From assembly GCA_963834705.1 (NCBI GenBank), contig CAWICV010000014.1, forward strand, positions 77,328-141,327: a DNA stretch of 64,000 bases, given 5' to 3'. Each line of letters starts with the position of its first letter. Within the stretch, counting starts at the first letter, position 1. Below the pieces are notes generated by a model. That model did no database searches. It worked only from the letters and a program-made list of their open reading frames with translations, and had not been told where the DNA came from. A program made the position numbers and the translations under genes. Positions 23,517 to 33,114 of the stretch are shown one piece after another. This stretch comes from an uncultured Actinomycetes bacterium. GTDB taxonomy: Bacteria; Actinomycetota; Actinomycetes; Streptosporangiales; Streptosporangiaceae.

Positions 23517-23957
23517 ATGCCTGGAATAGTCGTGGGGTTTGACGGATCAGTTCATTCCGAGCGGTCCATCGAGTGGGCGTTGAAAGAGGCCGCGCTACGG
23601 CACGCTCCGGTTACCGTGCTGGCCGTGCACCCGGTCGCGATCAGCGCCTGGACTCGTAGCCCGATCACCTACCCGGCCGACGAGGGCGAAGTGGACAAGG
23701 CCCGCACCGCGGCCCAGGAGAGCGTGGACAAGGTGGCCAGCCAGCTGGGTGGCGAGCGCCCGGCGGTGACCGTCCGCGCGGTCAGCGGGGTGCCGGCCGA
23801 GGAACTGATCAAGGCGGGTGAGGACGCGGACCTGCTGGTGGTCGGCTCCCGGGGCAGCGGTGGCTTCGGCCGCCTGCTGCTCGGCTCGGTGAGCAGCCAG
23901 GTCACTCATCACGCGCTGTGCCCGGTCGTGATCGTGCCCGCGGCGCCCAGCAACTGA
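23517..23957 (+). CDS. Universal stress protein (single UspA domain)
   Basis: 'GIVVGFDGSVHSERSIEWALKEAALRHAPVTVLAV...LLVVGSRGSGGFGRLLLGSVSSQVTHHALCPVVIV'. RBS 'aggagg' is present. Confidence 0.85.
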   Translation: MPGIVVGFDGSVHSERSIEWALKEAALRHAPVTVLAVHPVAISAWTRSPITYPADEGEVDKARTAAQESVDKVASQLGGERPAVTVRAVSGVPAEELIKAGEDADLLVVGSRGSGGFGRLLLGSVSSQVTHHALCPVVIVPAAPSN

Positions 23958-24011
23958 CCTGCCCGCGGCCACCGGCCAGCCCACCGAATGATTCAGCCAC
24001 GTGGTGCGGGC

Positions 24012-24558
24012 CTAGCTGTACAGGCTGCCGCCCTCGGGCACCGGGGTGCCGCGGCCCTCGGTCCAGCCCACCACGCGGTTGCGCAGCAGGCCGACGTGCT
24101 CGATCTCGGCCTCGACCACCTCGCCGGGGCGCAGGTAAAACTCGAACGGGTCGGGCTGCACGGCGGCCACCCCGGAGATCGTCCCGGTGGTGATGATGTC
24201 GCCCGCGCTGTACCCCTGCGGCGAGTGGTAGGCGACCAGTTGCGGCATGGACAGTACCATCCGGCCCGATGATCGCGTCCACGTTCTGGAAGAACACGAT
24301 GCCCTTGTGTACCGGGTGCGACCAGTTGACCTTCTGCAGTTCCTCGTGGTGCTCGGTGAAGTTCCCGGCGGTGTGAAAGAACTTCTTCGGCACGATCGGG
24401 GCCCGCAGCCGGACGTCCGCCAGCTTGGGCCGCTCGCCGGTCTCGCCGACCGCGCCGCCGCGCTCGAAGTACTCCCGCATCGACCCGCAGTCCAGCTCGA
24501 CCACCACGTCGCCGTCAGTCCGCCCGACGCGGCCCTGATCGAACGTCACCAGCTTCAT
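24012..24558 (-). pseudogene. Fumarylacetoacetate hydrolase (FAH)-family gene with an out-of-frame internal deletion
   Basis: The N-terminal 101 aa ('MKLVTFDQGRVGR...FFQNVDAIIGPDG') join directly, in another frame, to the C-terminal ~80 aa ('MPQLVAYHSPQGYSAGDIITTGTISGV...EAEIEHVGLLRNRV'). The ~100-120-aa core normally carrying the metal ligands is absent. The junction is at about 24250-24260. Confidence 0.7.
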
Positions 24559-24871
24559 CGCGCCTCCTCCGTTCTCATATCCCGAAATCTACTCTCATGC
24601 CCCTCGGTGGGAAGGAGGGGACCGGGCCGTACGGGTCTTGCGACCGGACTGACGAGCGAGGAACGAGTGAGGAAGGGAGGGCGCCCGCGCCAGGGGGCGC
24701 GCCGCCGAACTGGACTGAGGAGGGAGGGAGCGAGGAACGAGCGACCGAGCGACGAAGGAAGGAGGCGGGGATAGCGCCCCCGGAGGCGCAGAGAAAGCAG
24801 AGGGCGGGGCCGCCCGTACACCAACCCGGAGGCCAGAACGAGCTGAGTCTGCGCTGGATAATGTGGGCTGC

Positions 24872-25450
24872 CTAGCTGGGCGTCTCTACTCGGAAGACGC
24901 GGAGCTGCAGGGCCAGGGTGCTGTAGTAGCCGACCAGGGTGGTCAGTTCGAACAGGCCGGCCTGGCCCAGTTCCGCCTCGGCCGTGGCGTACTGCTCGTC
25001 GGTCAGGTCGCCGGTCCGGGCCACCGCCCACGCCGCGCGGACCAGTGCGCGCTCGGCCGGATCGGCCAGGTCCGGCTCCTGGCCGGCCCGGATCGCGGCC
25101 AGGTCGGCGTCGGTCAGCCCGGCCCGGCGGCCGGCCGCCTCGTGCGCGTAAATCTCGAACTCGCACCTGGTATGCGTGGCCACGATCAGGATGGCCAGCT
25201 CCCGGGCCCGGTCCGGCAGGCTGCCCCGGTACCGCAGCGCCGCGCCCAGCGCCTGCAGTGACTCGCCGACGGCCGGTTCGAGCAGCATTGCGTTGAACGG
25301 GCCGGTGAGCGCGCCGGTGTCATCGACCAGCCGGAACGGCTGGTTGCCGCCACCCCGTGGCCCCCCGGTCAGGGCGGCGTACAGTTCCGCCTGAGCAGCG
25401 TTCAGCATATGGGGTTGAAGTTTGGTCAGCCGCGGCACTCTGTCGCTCAC
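24872..25450 (-). CDS. Carboxymuconolactone decarboxylase (AhpD-like) family protein
   Basis: 'RELAILIVATHTRCEFEIYAHEAAGRRAGLTDADLAAI' is a CMD-type motif. The start overlaps the IclR stop (GTGA). Confidence 0.8.
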   Translation of the reverse strand: MSDRVPRLTKLQPHMLNAAQAELYAALTGGPRGGGNQPFRLVDDTGALTGPFNAMLLEPAVGESLQALGAALRYRGSLPDRARELAILIVATHTRCEFEIYAHEAAGRRAGLTDADLAAIRAGQEPDLADPAERALVRAAWAVARTGDLTDEQYATAEAELGQAGLFELTTLVGYYSTLALQLRVFRVETPS

Positions 25451-26262
25451 TTCCCGTGGTAGCCGAGCAGGCGGGAGATCTGCGCGCAGGTGTCCAGCAC
25501 CTGGGGCTTCAGCTCGCGGGTGATCCGGGCGGCGGGCCAGTCGCGGGACTGCACGGCCAGGTTGGCGCCGGCCACCACGTCGCCGTTCTCGCCGCGCACC
25601 GGGGCGGCCACCGAGCGCAGGCCGTAGGCCAGTTCCTCGTCCTGGGTGGCCCAGCCCTGGGCCCGGATCGCGGCCAGCTCGGGACGCAGCTCGTCCACGC
25701 TGCGCTTGGCGTTCGGCCCGGCGGTGCCGGTGAACGACTGCGGATTGATGGCTTTTTCCAGGTCTTCGTCGTCCAGGTAGGCGAGCAGCAGCTTGCCGAT
25801 AGACGTATGCACAGCGGGCAGCAGCGAGCCGACCCGGATATTGGCCGTGACCAGGTCAGAGTTGCGCAACCGGACCAGGTACAGCACCTGGTCCCCGGTG
25901 CGCACGGCCAGGTTCACCGTCTCGCCGGTGCTGTTGGCCAGTTCCCGCAGCCGCGGGGTGGCCAGCTCGACCAGATCGAGGCTGCGCAGCGCGGCGGTGC
26001 CCAGGGTGAGCACCCGCACGCCCGGCCGGTAATCGCCGGACGGCAGGTGATCCAGGTAGCCCTCTGCGGTCAGCGTCATCACGATCCGGTACGCGGTGGG
26101 CAGCGGGAGCGAAACCTCGGCGGCGATGTCGGTGATGCGCCAGGTAGGGCGCTGCTCGGTGAACACCGACAGCACCCGCAGCCCTTTGGCCAGCGCCTCG
26201 ACCCGGTAGTCAGGCGGCGCGCCGCCCTCTCCGCTGCGGGTGGGACTCGCAGACGCAGGCAT
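25447..26262 (-). CDS. IclR-family transcriptional regulator
   Basis: 'ALAKGLRVLSVFTEQRPTWRITDIAAEVSLPLPTAYRIVMTLTAEGYL' (wHTH) plus an IclR effector domain. ATG 26262 has RBS 'agaggga'. Confidence 0.85.
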   Translation of the reverse strand: MPASASPTRSGEGGAPPDYRVEALAKGLRVLSVFTEQRPTWRITDIAAEVSLPLPTAYRIVMTLTAEGYLDHLPSGDYRPGVRVLTLGTAALRSLDLVELATPRLRELANSTGETVNLAVRTGDQVLYLVRLRNSDLVTANIRVGSLLPAVHTSIGKLLLAYLDDEDLEKAINPQSFTGTAGPNAKRSVDELRPELAAIRAQGWATQDEELAYGLRSVAAPVRGENGDVVAGANLAVQSRDWPAARITRELKPQVLDTCAQISRLLGYHGK

Positions 26263-26400
26263 GTGGTGTCCCTCTTGGGCTAGTTGATGAACGTGCAAGC
26301 TGGTGGGCCTTCTGGACATGCGTAGCCGCAGGCCTCTATGGTCTAAGGACTAGAGCAGAAATCGACTTTCACATCTCGAAAGTACCACGGTGGGTAGACC

Positions 26401-27187
26401 GTGAATAGCCAGGTAGTGGAGCGACCGCGGATGAATGACTGGCTTGGGTTGCGCGGCCGGACCGCGCTGGTGGCCGGGGCGGGTGGACTGGGTTCGGCGA
26501 GCGCTGTCGCGCTGGCCGGACTGGGTGCCCGGGTGCTGGCCGTCAACGTGGACCAGGCCCGGCTCACCCAGTTGGAGGAGCGGGTTCGCGAGCATGGCGG
26601 GCACCTCGAGGGGCTAGCCGCCGACCTGACCGATCCGGAGGCGTGCCGGCGCATCGTCAAGGAGGCGGCAGGGCGGCTGGGGTCGATTCAAGTATTCCTG
26701 CATGCGGTTGGCCGGAACAACCGGCTCCCCATCCTGGAACTGGACGACGACGCCTGGACCGACCTGGTCAGCCTGAACCTGTCCAGCGCGTACTGGACCG
26801 GGCAGGCGGTCGGCCGGGAGATGTGTGCGGCAGGCTACGGGCGGATGATTTTCCTGTCGTCGGTGTCCGGGCTGCTCGCGCATGCCCACCACGCGCCGTA
26901 CGCGGCCACCAAGGGTGGCCTGAACCAACTGGTCCGGGTGATGGCCCGGGAGTGGGCGCCGCACGGTGTCACGGTGAACGCGGTCGCGCCCGGCTACATC
27001 GAGACCGGCCTGACCCGGGATTACCTGTCCCAGCCCAGCATCCGGGAAGACCTGGTCAGCCTGGTCCCGGCCGGCGCTGGGCACCTCAGCTGAGGTGGCC
27101 GACGTGGTGTCGTTCCTGGCCTCGGACCGGGCCACGTTCGTCACCGGCCACATCCTGTACGTCGATGGCGGACGGATCCTCATCTAA
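26401..27187 (+). pseudogene. SDR-family oxidoreductase with a frameshift near 27077 (or assembly error)
   Basis: 'RTALVAGAGGLGSA...' and 'YAATKGGLNQLVRVMAREWAPHGVTVNAVAPGYI' are in frame 1. The true C-terminus '[29 protein letters not shown]' is in frame 2 after the premature stop at 27093. The start could also be ATG 26431. Confidence 0.75.
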
Positions 27188-27211
27188 CCCCCTCTCCACG
27201 GAGCCCTTCTG

Positions 27212-28007
27212 ATGGCAGACGAGCAGAACGCCGCAACCTTCCCGCAGCGGTTCATTGGCCAGACGGTCCTGGTCACCGGGGCCGGAACTGGGTTCGGGGC
27301 CGAGATCGCGGTCCGTGCGGCGCAGGAAGGCGCCCGGGTGGTGGTGCATTACAACCGATCCCGCGAGGGTGCTGAGGACACGGCCAAGCGGATCGAGCAA
27401 GCGGGCAGTGAGGCCGCCCTGGTCCAGGCGGACATCACCAGCTGGGACCAGATCCGGGCGCTGGCCGACGCGGCGTTCGGCGCGTTCGGCGGGCTGGACG
27501 TCGCGGTGAACAACGTGGGGGACGTGGCCCGGAATCAGATGTCCTGGCAGGACATCACCGAGGAATCGATCGACCACGTGCTGGCGTGGACGTCAAGGGC
27601 ACGCTGCTGTGCCGCAGGAGTTCGGCTCCCGGATGGTCGGGGCGGGTGGCGGCTGCGTGATCAATATCGGGTCCACCGTCATCGTCCGGGGCAGTGCCCG
27701 GGCACCGCAGTACGCGGCGGCCAAATACGGCATCCTCGGCATCACCAAGTCCTACGCGCAGGCGTTCGCGCCCACCGTCCGGGTCAACACGTTCGCCCCG
27801 GGCTTCATCGAGACCCAGGCCACGCTGAATCGGCAGGACTGGAAGAGCGGGCGCGGCGATCAGCTCCGCTCGATGACCCCAATGGGGCGGATCCCCGGGC
27901 CGGCTGAGGTCGCGGGCACCGCGCTGTTCCTGGCCACGCCGGACGCGTCGCACATGACCGGCGTGTACATGGTGGCCGACGGCGGCTACAACATGGTCGG
28001 CGCGTGA
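27212..28007 (+). pseudogene. SDR-family oxidoreductase with two 1-bp frameshifts (~27586 and ~27609) (or assembly errors)
   Basis: 'VLVTGAGTGFGAEIA...' runs in frame 2 to 'IDHVLA'. 'VDVKGTLLC' is in frame 1. '(A)QEFGSRMV...YAAAKYGILGITKS...MTGVYMVADGG' is in frame 0 (ORF 27609..28007). Confidence 0.75.
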
Positions 28008-28011
28008 CCAT

Positions 28012-28320
28012 AGGTCCGCGAACTGGTCCGCGCGCTGGTCGCCAGGGGCCGTGCGGTGGCCGACGCGCTGGGCATCACCTTGATAGCGACCGGTGGAGCT
28101 GCTCGATGACGCGGGCCAGCACGCGGCCGGCCATCAGCCCAGCACGCTGCAGGATGTTCTGGGGCGGCGGCCGACCGAGATCGGCATGCTCAACGAGGGC
28201 ATCGTCCGGCAGGCCCGCGAGGTGGGTGTCCCGGTGCCAGCCCACCAGGCCGTCACCGCCCTCATCCACGGCCTGGAGCGCTCCTGGCCCGACCCGGCCC
28301 AGGAATCCAGCCCGCGCTAG
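28012..28320 (+). pseudogene. 2-dehydropantoate 2-reductase (PanE/ApbA) C-terminal remnant, 5'-truncated and frameshifted near 28085
   Basis: 'ELVRALVARGRAVADALGITL' then, in another frame, 'VELLDDAGQHAAGHQPSTLQDVLGRRPTEIGMLNEGIVRQAREVGVPVPAHQAVTALI'. This is the ketopantoate-reductase C-domain signature (S-M/T-L-Q-D...TEI). No Rossmann-domain sequence lies upstream, and the remnant abuts the SDR stop. Confidence 0.6.
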
Positions 28321-28445
28321 GCTGATCGGCCCGCAAAGGATCAGCCGTCAGCCGGCACCGGCACCGGGACCGGGACCGGCACGTCTTGCCCTGGGAGCAG
28401 GGGGTGCCTGCCGCCGTCCGGTACCCAGACGCGCGAGCCGGGACG

Positions 28446-30002
28446 TCAGCAGGGGTATTCGGTGGGGCTGGTGCGGTAGCTCCGGCCGCTGGGGGCAGTC
28501 CAGATGAAGGTGCCAGGCCTGGTCTGGATTAGTCCCCAGCCGGAGGCCTGTTTGCACTGGTGGTGCCAGCGGCAAAGCGGCCCGAGATTGCATTCGCACG
28601 TTCTGCCGCCCAGGCGGTGCGGCGTGGTGTGGTCCAGGTCGCTGCAGGTGGCTGGGCGCCGGCAGCCGGAAGCGGTGCAGGTCGCGTTGCGGATCTCGAT
28701 GAGATGCCGCAACGTGCGGCCAGGCTGGTACCCGGAGAACTCCCGGTTGTGCGTACAGATGCCCGTCTCCAGTGGCTTGATCGTCACGTGGCGATCCCAG
28801 CGTGCGTATCTCCGCGGTCCGGCACCTGCTCGGTCGCGGCCCAGTGGCTGCCCGCGCGGCGCCGGTGGACCGGTGCCCGGTGGGGCGGGGGCGGTGCGTT
28901 GTGATGACGGTCCGGCGCGCGCGCAGCCATGGGCGATGGGACGGTCGGCCGGATCGGTCAGGGTAATGCACCATCTGTTGGCCGGGTCGGCGCCGAGCAT
29001 GGCGGCGATGGCACGGGAGTCATCCGCGTCCAACGGCCCAAACCCGGCTATCTGGCCTGGCGCCGCGGACCAGCCGAGCCAGGTCATCAGCGGCAGGGTG
29101 AGATGCACGCTGCCGCGCAGCACGGGCCGTCCGTCCTTGCCAGGGGACGGCGGGCGGGCTGCCCCGCAGGGAGGTTCGCCGGGCTGTTCGTCTCCGCGAT
29201 GAGCCGGGCTGAGTGGAGAATGCGCGGCGCTGGCCTGGCCGGTGAGCAGGTCAAGGTAAATGCGGGCGCGAAGCTGGTCCAGCGTGCCTTCGGCGCCGGC
29301 CTTGCGTAGCTCCAGGGCGAGGGCGGTCAGGTTCCGGTCGGCTGCGAGTACCCCGGCGGGAGACAGGTCCCGGCCTGCCAGGGCCGCGGTCCCGTGAGCC
29401 TCGGTGAAGGTCTCCACCCGGGCGTCCAGGAGCGCCCTTTCCTTACGGCGCTTAGCCGCGGCCGGATCGGCGGCGATGACCGCGCGGTGCGCCACCCGCC
29501 GTAGTTCGGCGCTGGTCTGGCCAGCTGCCTTGACGATGATCAGTGCTTCGACCTTGGCCGCGTGCGCGTCGTTCAGCCCGGTCAGCTCATCCATGATGAT
29601 CTCGGCACGGCGCTCGTCGAGCACCCCGGCGGCTAGCGCAGTCCGGGTCCGCGGCAGCCGGTCCAGGCCGACCGCGAGGCTGAGCACCCGGTCGGCGCTC
29701 CACTTGGTCAGCGTGAGCGCGGCAGCTACCTCGTCGTTCACGTGTTCCACGCAACGCCAGTCGCCATTGGCGCGGGCTTCGGTGCTCCGGCGGGCGGCGA
29801 GCTGGGATATAGCCGACAGCTTCAGCTCCGCCGCCCATGCGGCCAGCCGGTGCGCGGCTTGTAGCAGCCCGGTGAGCTGGTCGTCGTCCAAATGCTCCGG
29901 GCCGGCCTGGCGCACCTCGTCGGCCAACTTGGCCAGCAGCGCACCTGGCAGCATGACCTCGGCTGGGGAGCCCGGGGGTGGGAGATGGTGCGGGGGTGGC
30001 AT
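28446..30002 (-). CDS. DUF222 / HNH-endonuclease protein (REP13E12-like)
   Basis: N-terminus 'LDDDQLTGLLQAAHRLAAWAAELKLSAISQLAARR...' is DUF222-type. C-terminus 'CTASGCRRPATCSDLDHTTPHRLGGRTCECNLGPLCRWHHQCKQ' is an HNH motif. Confidence 0.85.
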   Translation of the reverse strand: MPPPHHLPPPGSPAEVMLPGALLAKLADEVRQAGPEHLDDDQLTGLLQAAHRLAAWAAELKLSAISQLAARRSTEARANGDWRCVEHVNDEVAAALTLTKWSADRVLSLAVGLDRLPRTRTALAAGVLDERRAEIIMDELTGLNDAHAAKVEALIIVKAAGQTSAELRRVAHRAVIAADPAAAKRRKERALLDARVETFTEAHGTAALAGRDLSPAGVLAADRNLTALALELRKAGAEGTLDQLRARIYLDLLTGQASAAHSPLSPAHRGDEQPGEPPCGAARPPSPGKDGRPVLRGSVHLTLPLMTWLGWSAAPGQIAGFGPLDADDSRAIAAMLGADPANRWCITLTDPADRPIAHGCARAGPSSQRTAPAPPGTGPPAPRGQPLGRDRAGAGPRRYARWDRHVTIKPLETGICTHNREFSGYQPGRTLRHLIEIRNATCTASGCRRPATCSDLDHTTPHRLGGRTCECNLGPLCRWHHQCKQASGWGLIQTRPGTFIWTAPSGRSYRTSPTEYPC

Positions 30003-30595
30003 CTGAGCACCTCCCGCCCCCGGGCTGGGGAACTCCGGCTACTCGACCACAGTAGCGAAGCCTGACGCACATGTCCACACTATTCGAATACTTTCTCGAA
30101 GGCCTTCATCGCCCGGCGGCGGCCCGGGCGACTCCCGAAAAATATCGACCCTCCGTTGAACCGGCCGCTGAGTCGGTACGTTGGTAACCGTAACGAGTTA
30201 GCGATCAAGGAGGCCGCCGTGCGGACGCGGCGGGGCGCGACGGGCTCGCCTGACGGCCCGCGCGGCCCGCTAGGTTCAGCCGCTGGGATAAGTTTGCCGC
30301 GAGGTAGTTCCGTACCATCCTTTGGAGGCTTGCCTCGAATGGTAATGGAGCCTTCTGTTCTGCGGCTGTCCGCACCTTCTCCGGTTACTAAGCACCGCGT
30401 GGGTTAGCGCTGAGGTCTCCTGTTGACCTGGTACGACGGCTATTCGTAGTCAGCCTCTCCTGGTTCGCCGCTCAGGCTGAACTTCGCCCGGGAAATTTCT
30501 GAACGAAGTATGTCGATTCGGTTACAAATGCCGTACTGCCGGTCTACTGTGATCGGCCGGGAGCGGAATCCGGGAGAGCGGAAAGGGGGCCATAC

Positions 30596-32341
30596 GTGGC
30601 CTACCCAGACAGTTGGGGTTCCGGACGGTCGCGGCGAAGACTGATCGCGGTCGTGGGCGTGGTAGCGCTGGTGGTCGGCCTCGGTATGGCCTTGATCGTG
30701 CCACGACTAGTGTTTAGTACTGCCAGCAACGCGGCCAGCGTGGCCGGGAGCTGTGCCACCGCGGCCACTTCGGCGGCGCCCACTTCGGCGGCGCCCACTA
30801 CGAGCACGCAATCCAGCACGGCGTCCGCCCAGGCGGGGACCCAGGCCAACGCGGCCGCGCCGCTCAGCACCACACCGGCCACCACGGCCGCGGGCACCAC
30901 CAGCACGGCCGCGCCAGCGGCAACCGCGCCAGCGGCCACCGTGCCAGCCGCGGCCACGCCGGCCGCCACTACGCCAGCAGCGACCGCACCAGCCACGGCA
31001 TCCGCCACGGCCACCGGGACGGCGCCCACGGCAGCGGCCACCGCGACGCCGTGCCCATCGGCCACGGCGACCGCCACTGCGGGCACGGCCAATGTGTCGT
31101 GTGACATCGTCGTGCCGCCCAACCCGCTCAGCGCCCAGGGCCTGGCCACGCCGTACCAGCTCACCGGGCCGGACGGGATGTCGGCGGCCGCCTCCGGCTG
31201 CACCATGGCCAACGTCGCCAACCTGGGCGCGTTCGTGCAGGCCACAATCCTGAACCGGAGGACCGGGCAGCTGAGCGTGTACGAGCCGCTGGTGATCACC
31301 CAGGGCACCCAGCCCGCGGCGCCCCCGGTGCTGCCCACGCTGCCCCGGCACGCCGTGGTGACCATCGACTTTGGCTTCAATGGCACTAACCTGACTCAGG
31401 TCGGCGCCACGCCGGACGCGCTGCGCCAGGGCAACTGCGTGAACGGGCTGCCCGGATCGATCTTCGGGCAGGTGTCGTTCTGCAACGGGATCCGCTTCTT
31501 CCACGCCGCGTTCCGGGCCGAGCGGGCCTGGCTGCGCGTCCCGGGCACCGGCGTGTCGCCGAAGACCGGTCTGCCCTGCCCGACCACGCGCAGCTTCAGC
31601 GTGGTCAACCAGGATCCGAGCGACAACGTCACCTCGACCTACCTGCTGACCGCCAATGGCCAGACCGCGCAGTACAACGCGGCCAACAAGACCGCGCTGG
31701 CCGGGGCCACCCCGATCAACAACGGGAGTGACAACGAGTTGCTGGACGCGTTCCTGGACCCAACACTCGGCTGCACCCCGTTCGAGGCGCCGGACCTGTC
31801 CCAGGACTCCACGCCCGGCACCTCGCAGGCCCTGGACGAACTGTCCGCGTCCAGGAACCAGCGGTCGCCGGCCGCCCTGGTCCCGGAGAACGACGAGATG
31901 GTGCTGGACAGCAACGGCGCGTCCAGCGTGCAGAAGACCGACCTGTACCGGGCCGAAGTGGGTCAGCCTCCAGTCTCGCCGTTCACCGCCGCCAGCAGCC
32001 CGGCGATGTTCTGCCAGGACATGGTCAACATCCAGACCGCGTTCCTGGCCAGCAACCAGACCTTGCTGGCCACCGGCACATCGCCAGTGCCGGCCGTGGG
32101 GGACAACCTGCTGACGTTCATGGCCAACCGGCTGAACATGTCGTTCACCAACCTCGGCTGCCAGAACTTCGGCCTGACCAACCCGGTGACCGTGACCGCC
32201 GATGGGAACGGCGCGGCCACCGCGGCCACCTTCAGCACCACCCAGCAACAGGCGACGAACCAGGGCCGGACAGGAATGCCCCGCCCAGGTCACCGTAGGG
32301 GCCGGTGGCATCACCGGTTCCAGGACCCGTCCGGGATGTAG
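30596..32341 (+). CDS. Secreted or membrane-anchored hypothetical protein with an Ala/Thr/Pro low-complexity linker and a Cys-containing C-terminal domain of unknown function
   Basis: GTG start and an N-terminal TM/signal segment 'RRLIAVVGVVALVVGLGMALIV'. A ~130-aa A/T/P-rich region is followed by a ~400-aa non-repetitive domain I do not recognise. Confidence 0.6.
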   Translation: MAYPDSWGSGRSRRRLIAVVGVVALVVGLGMALIVPRLVFSTASNAASVAGSCATAATSAAPTSAAPTTSTQSSTASAQAGTQANAAAPLSTTPATTAAGTTSTAAPAATAPAATVPAAATPAATTPAATAPATASATATGTAPTAAATATPCPSATATATAGTANVSCDIVVPPNPLSAQGLATPYQLTGPDGMSAAASGCTMANVANLGAFVQATILNRRTGQLSVYEPLVITQGTQPAAPPVLPTLPRHAVVTIDFGFNGTNLTQVGATPDALRQGNCVNGLPGSIFGQVSFCNGIRFFHAAFRAERAWLRVPGTGVSPKTGLPCPTTRSFSVVNQDPSDNVTSTYLLTANGQTAQYNAANKTALAGATPINNGSDNELLDAFLDPTLGCTPFEAPDLSQDSTPGTSQALDELSASRNQRSPAALVPENDEMVLDSNGASSVQKTDLYRAEVGQPPVSPFTAASSPAMFCQDMVNIQTAFLASNQTLLATGTSPVPAVGDNLLTFMANRLNMSFTNLGCQNFGLTNPVTVTADGNGAATAATFSTTQQQATNQGRTGMPRPGHRRGRWHHRFQDPSGM

Positions 32342-33110
32342 TCACCCGGCGGCGGCAGCACTGCCAGCGAGCGCCCGCAGGCCACCCGGCCCGCGGGCGC
32401 TCGCTCACGTCGGACGGTCGTCGGCGAGCTGGCTGGCTCCTGACGGGCGGCCGCCAGCCGATCGTGCGCGGCAGCAGCCAGCCCAGGTCGTGCCGCACGA
32501 CGGCCAGGCCGCGGGCCGTGGTGGGCAGCCGGCGCTGACCAGGTGCTGGCGTTCTGAAGGAAGGTGCCCAGCACGTTCACGAACCGTTCCAGATCACGGG
32601 CGCTCCGCCCGATGGGGTTATTCGGGAAGCCATAGTCGCCGCCGGGCAGCCCCGGATGCCGCGCTTGCGGATCTCCGGTATACCGCCATCCCCTCCAGCG
32701 CGGCGACCGAGCCCATCTTCGCCGCCGGCGCCCGGCCGACGCCGTACTCCTCGCCCCTCGTAGACGTTGGCGTAGATGATGCCCGGGGCCGGGGACACGA
32801 ACACGGTGTCCTTCACCGACTCCAGCAGGTCCCGGCGCATCCTCGTCGGCGTAACGCGCCCAGACCTTGTCTGGCAGGATGACCTCGGTCGGCAACGGCA
32901 GCAGTGAGCCGGCCGAGTAGACCGAGATGAACCTGGCGTCCAGGATGATGCGGGCGTTCCGCTCGGCCCGGGCCAGTTCGTCGTCCATGCCCTTGATGTT
33001 CCGGAAGAAGCTGACGTCCACCGGCGGCTTGAAGGCCGGGTCGATGTGCCGGTGAGCCTTGCCTGGCCGGTACCCGGGTGTCAACAGGTTCCACCGGCCA
33101 GGTAAACCGG
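32340..33110 (-). pseudogene. 5'-truncated, multiply frameshifted remnant of an unidentified gene
   Basis: Protein-like segments occur in three different minus-strand frames: 'IDPAFKPPVDVSFFRNIKGMDDELARAERNARIILDARFISVYSAGSLLPLPTEVILPDKVWARYADE', 'DLLESVKDTVFVSPAPGIIYANVYEG' and 'GDYGFPNNPIGRSARDLERFVNVLGTFLQNAS'. There is no start codon, and the 5' side abuts the divergent amidohydrolase gene. Confidence 0.4.
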
Positions 33111-33114
33111 ACGG

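Noticed and set aside
30156-30407. 83-aa ORF in the long leader upstream of the secreted-protein gene
   Set aside because: It has no RBS, low-complexity Arg/Gly/Ser/Pro composition, and no GC3 bias like the neighbouring genes.
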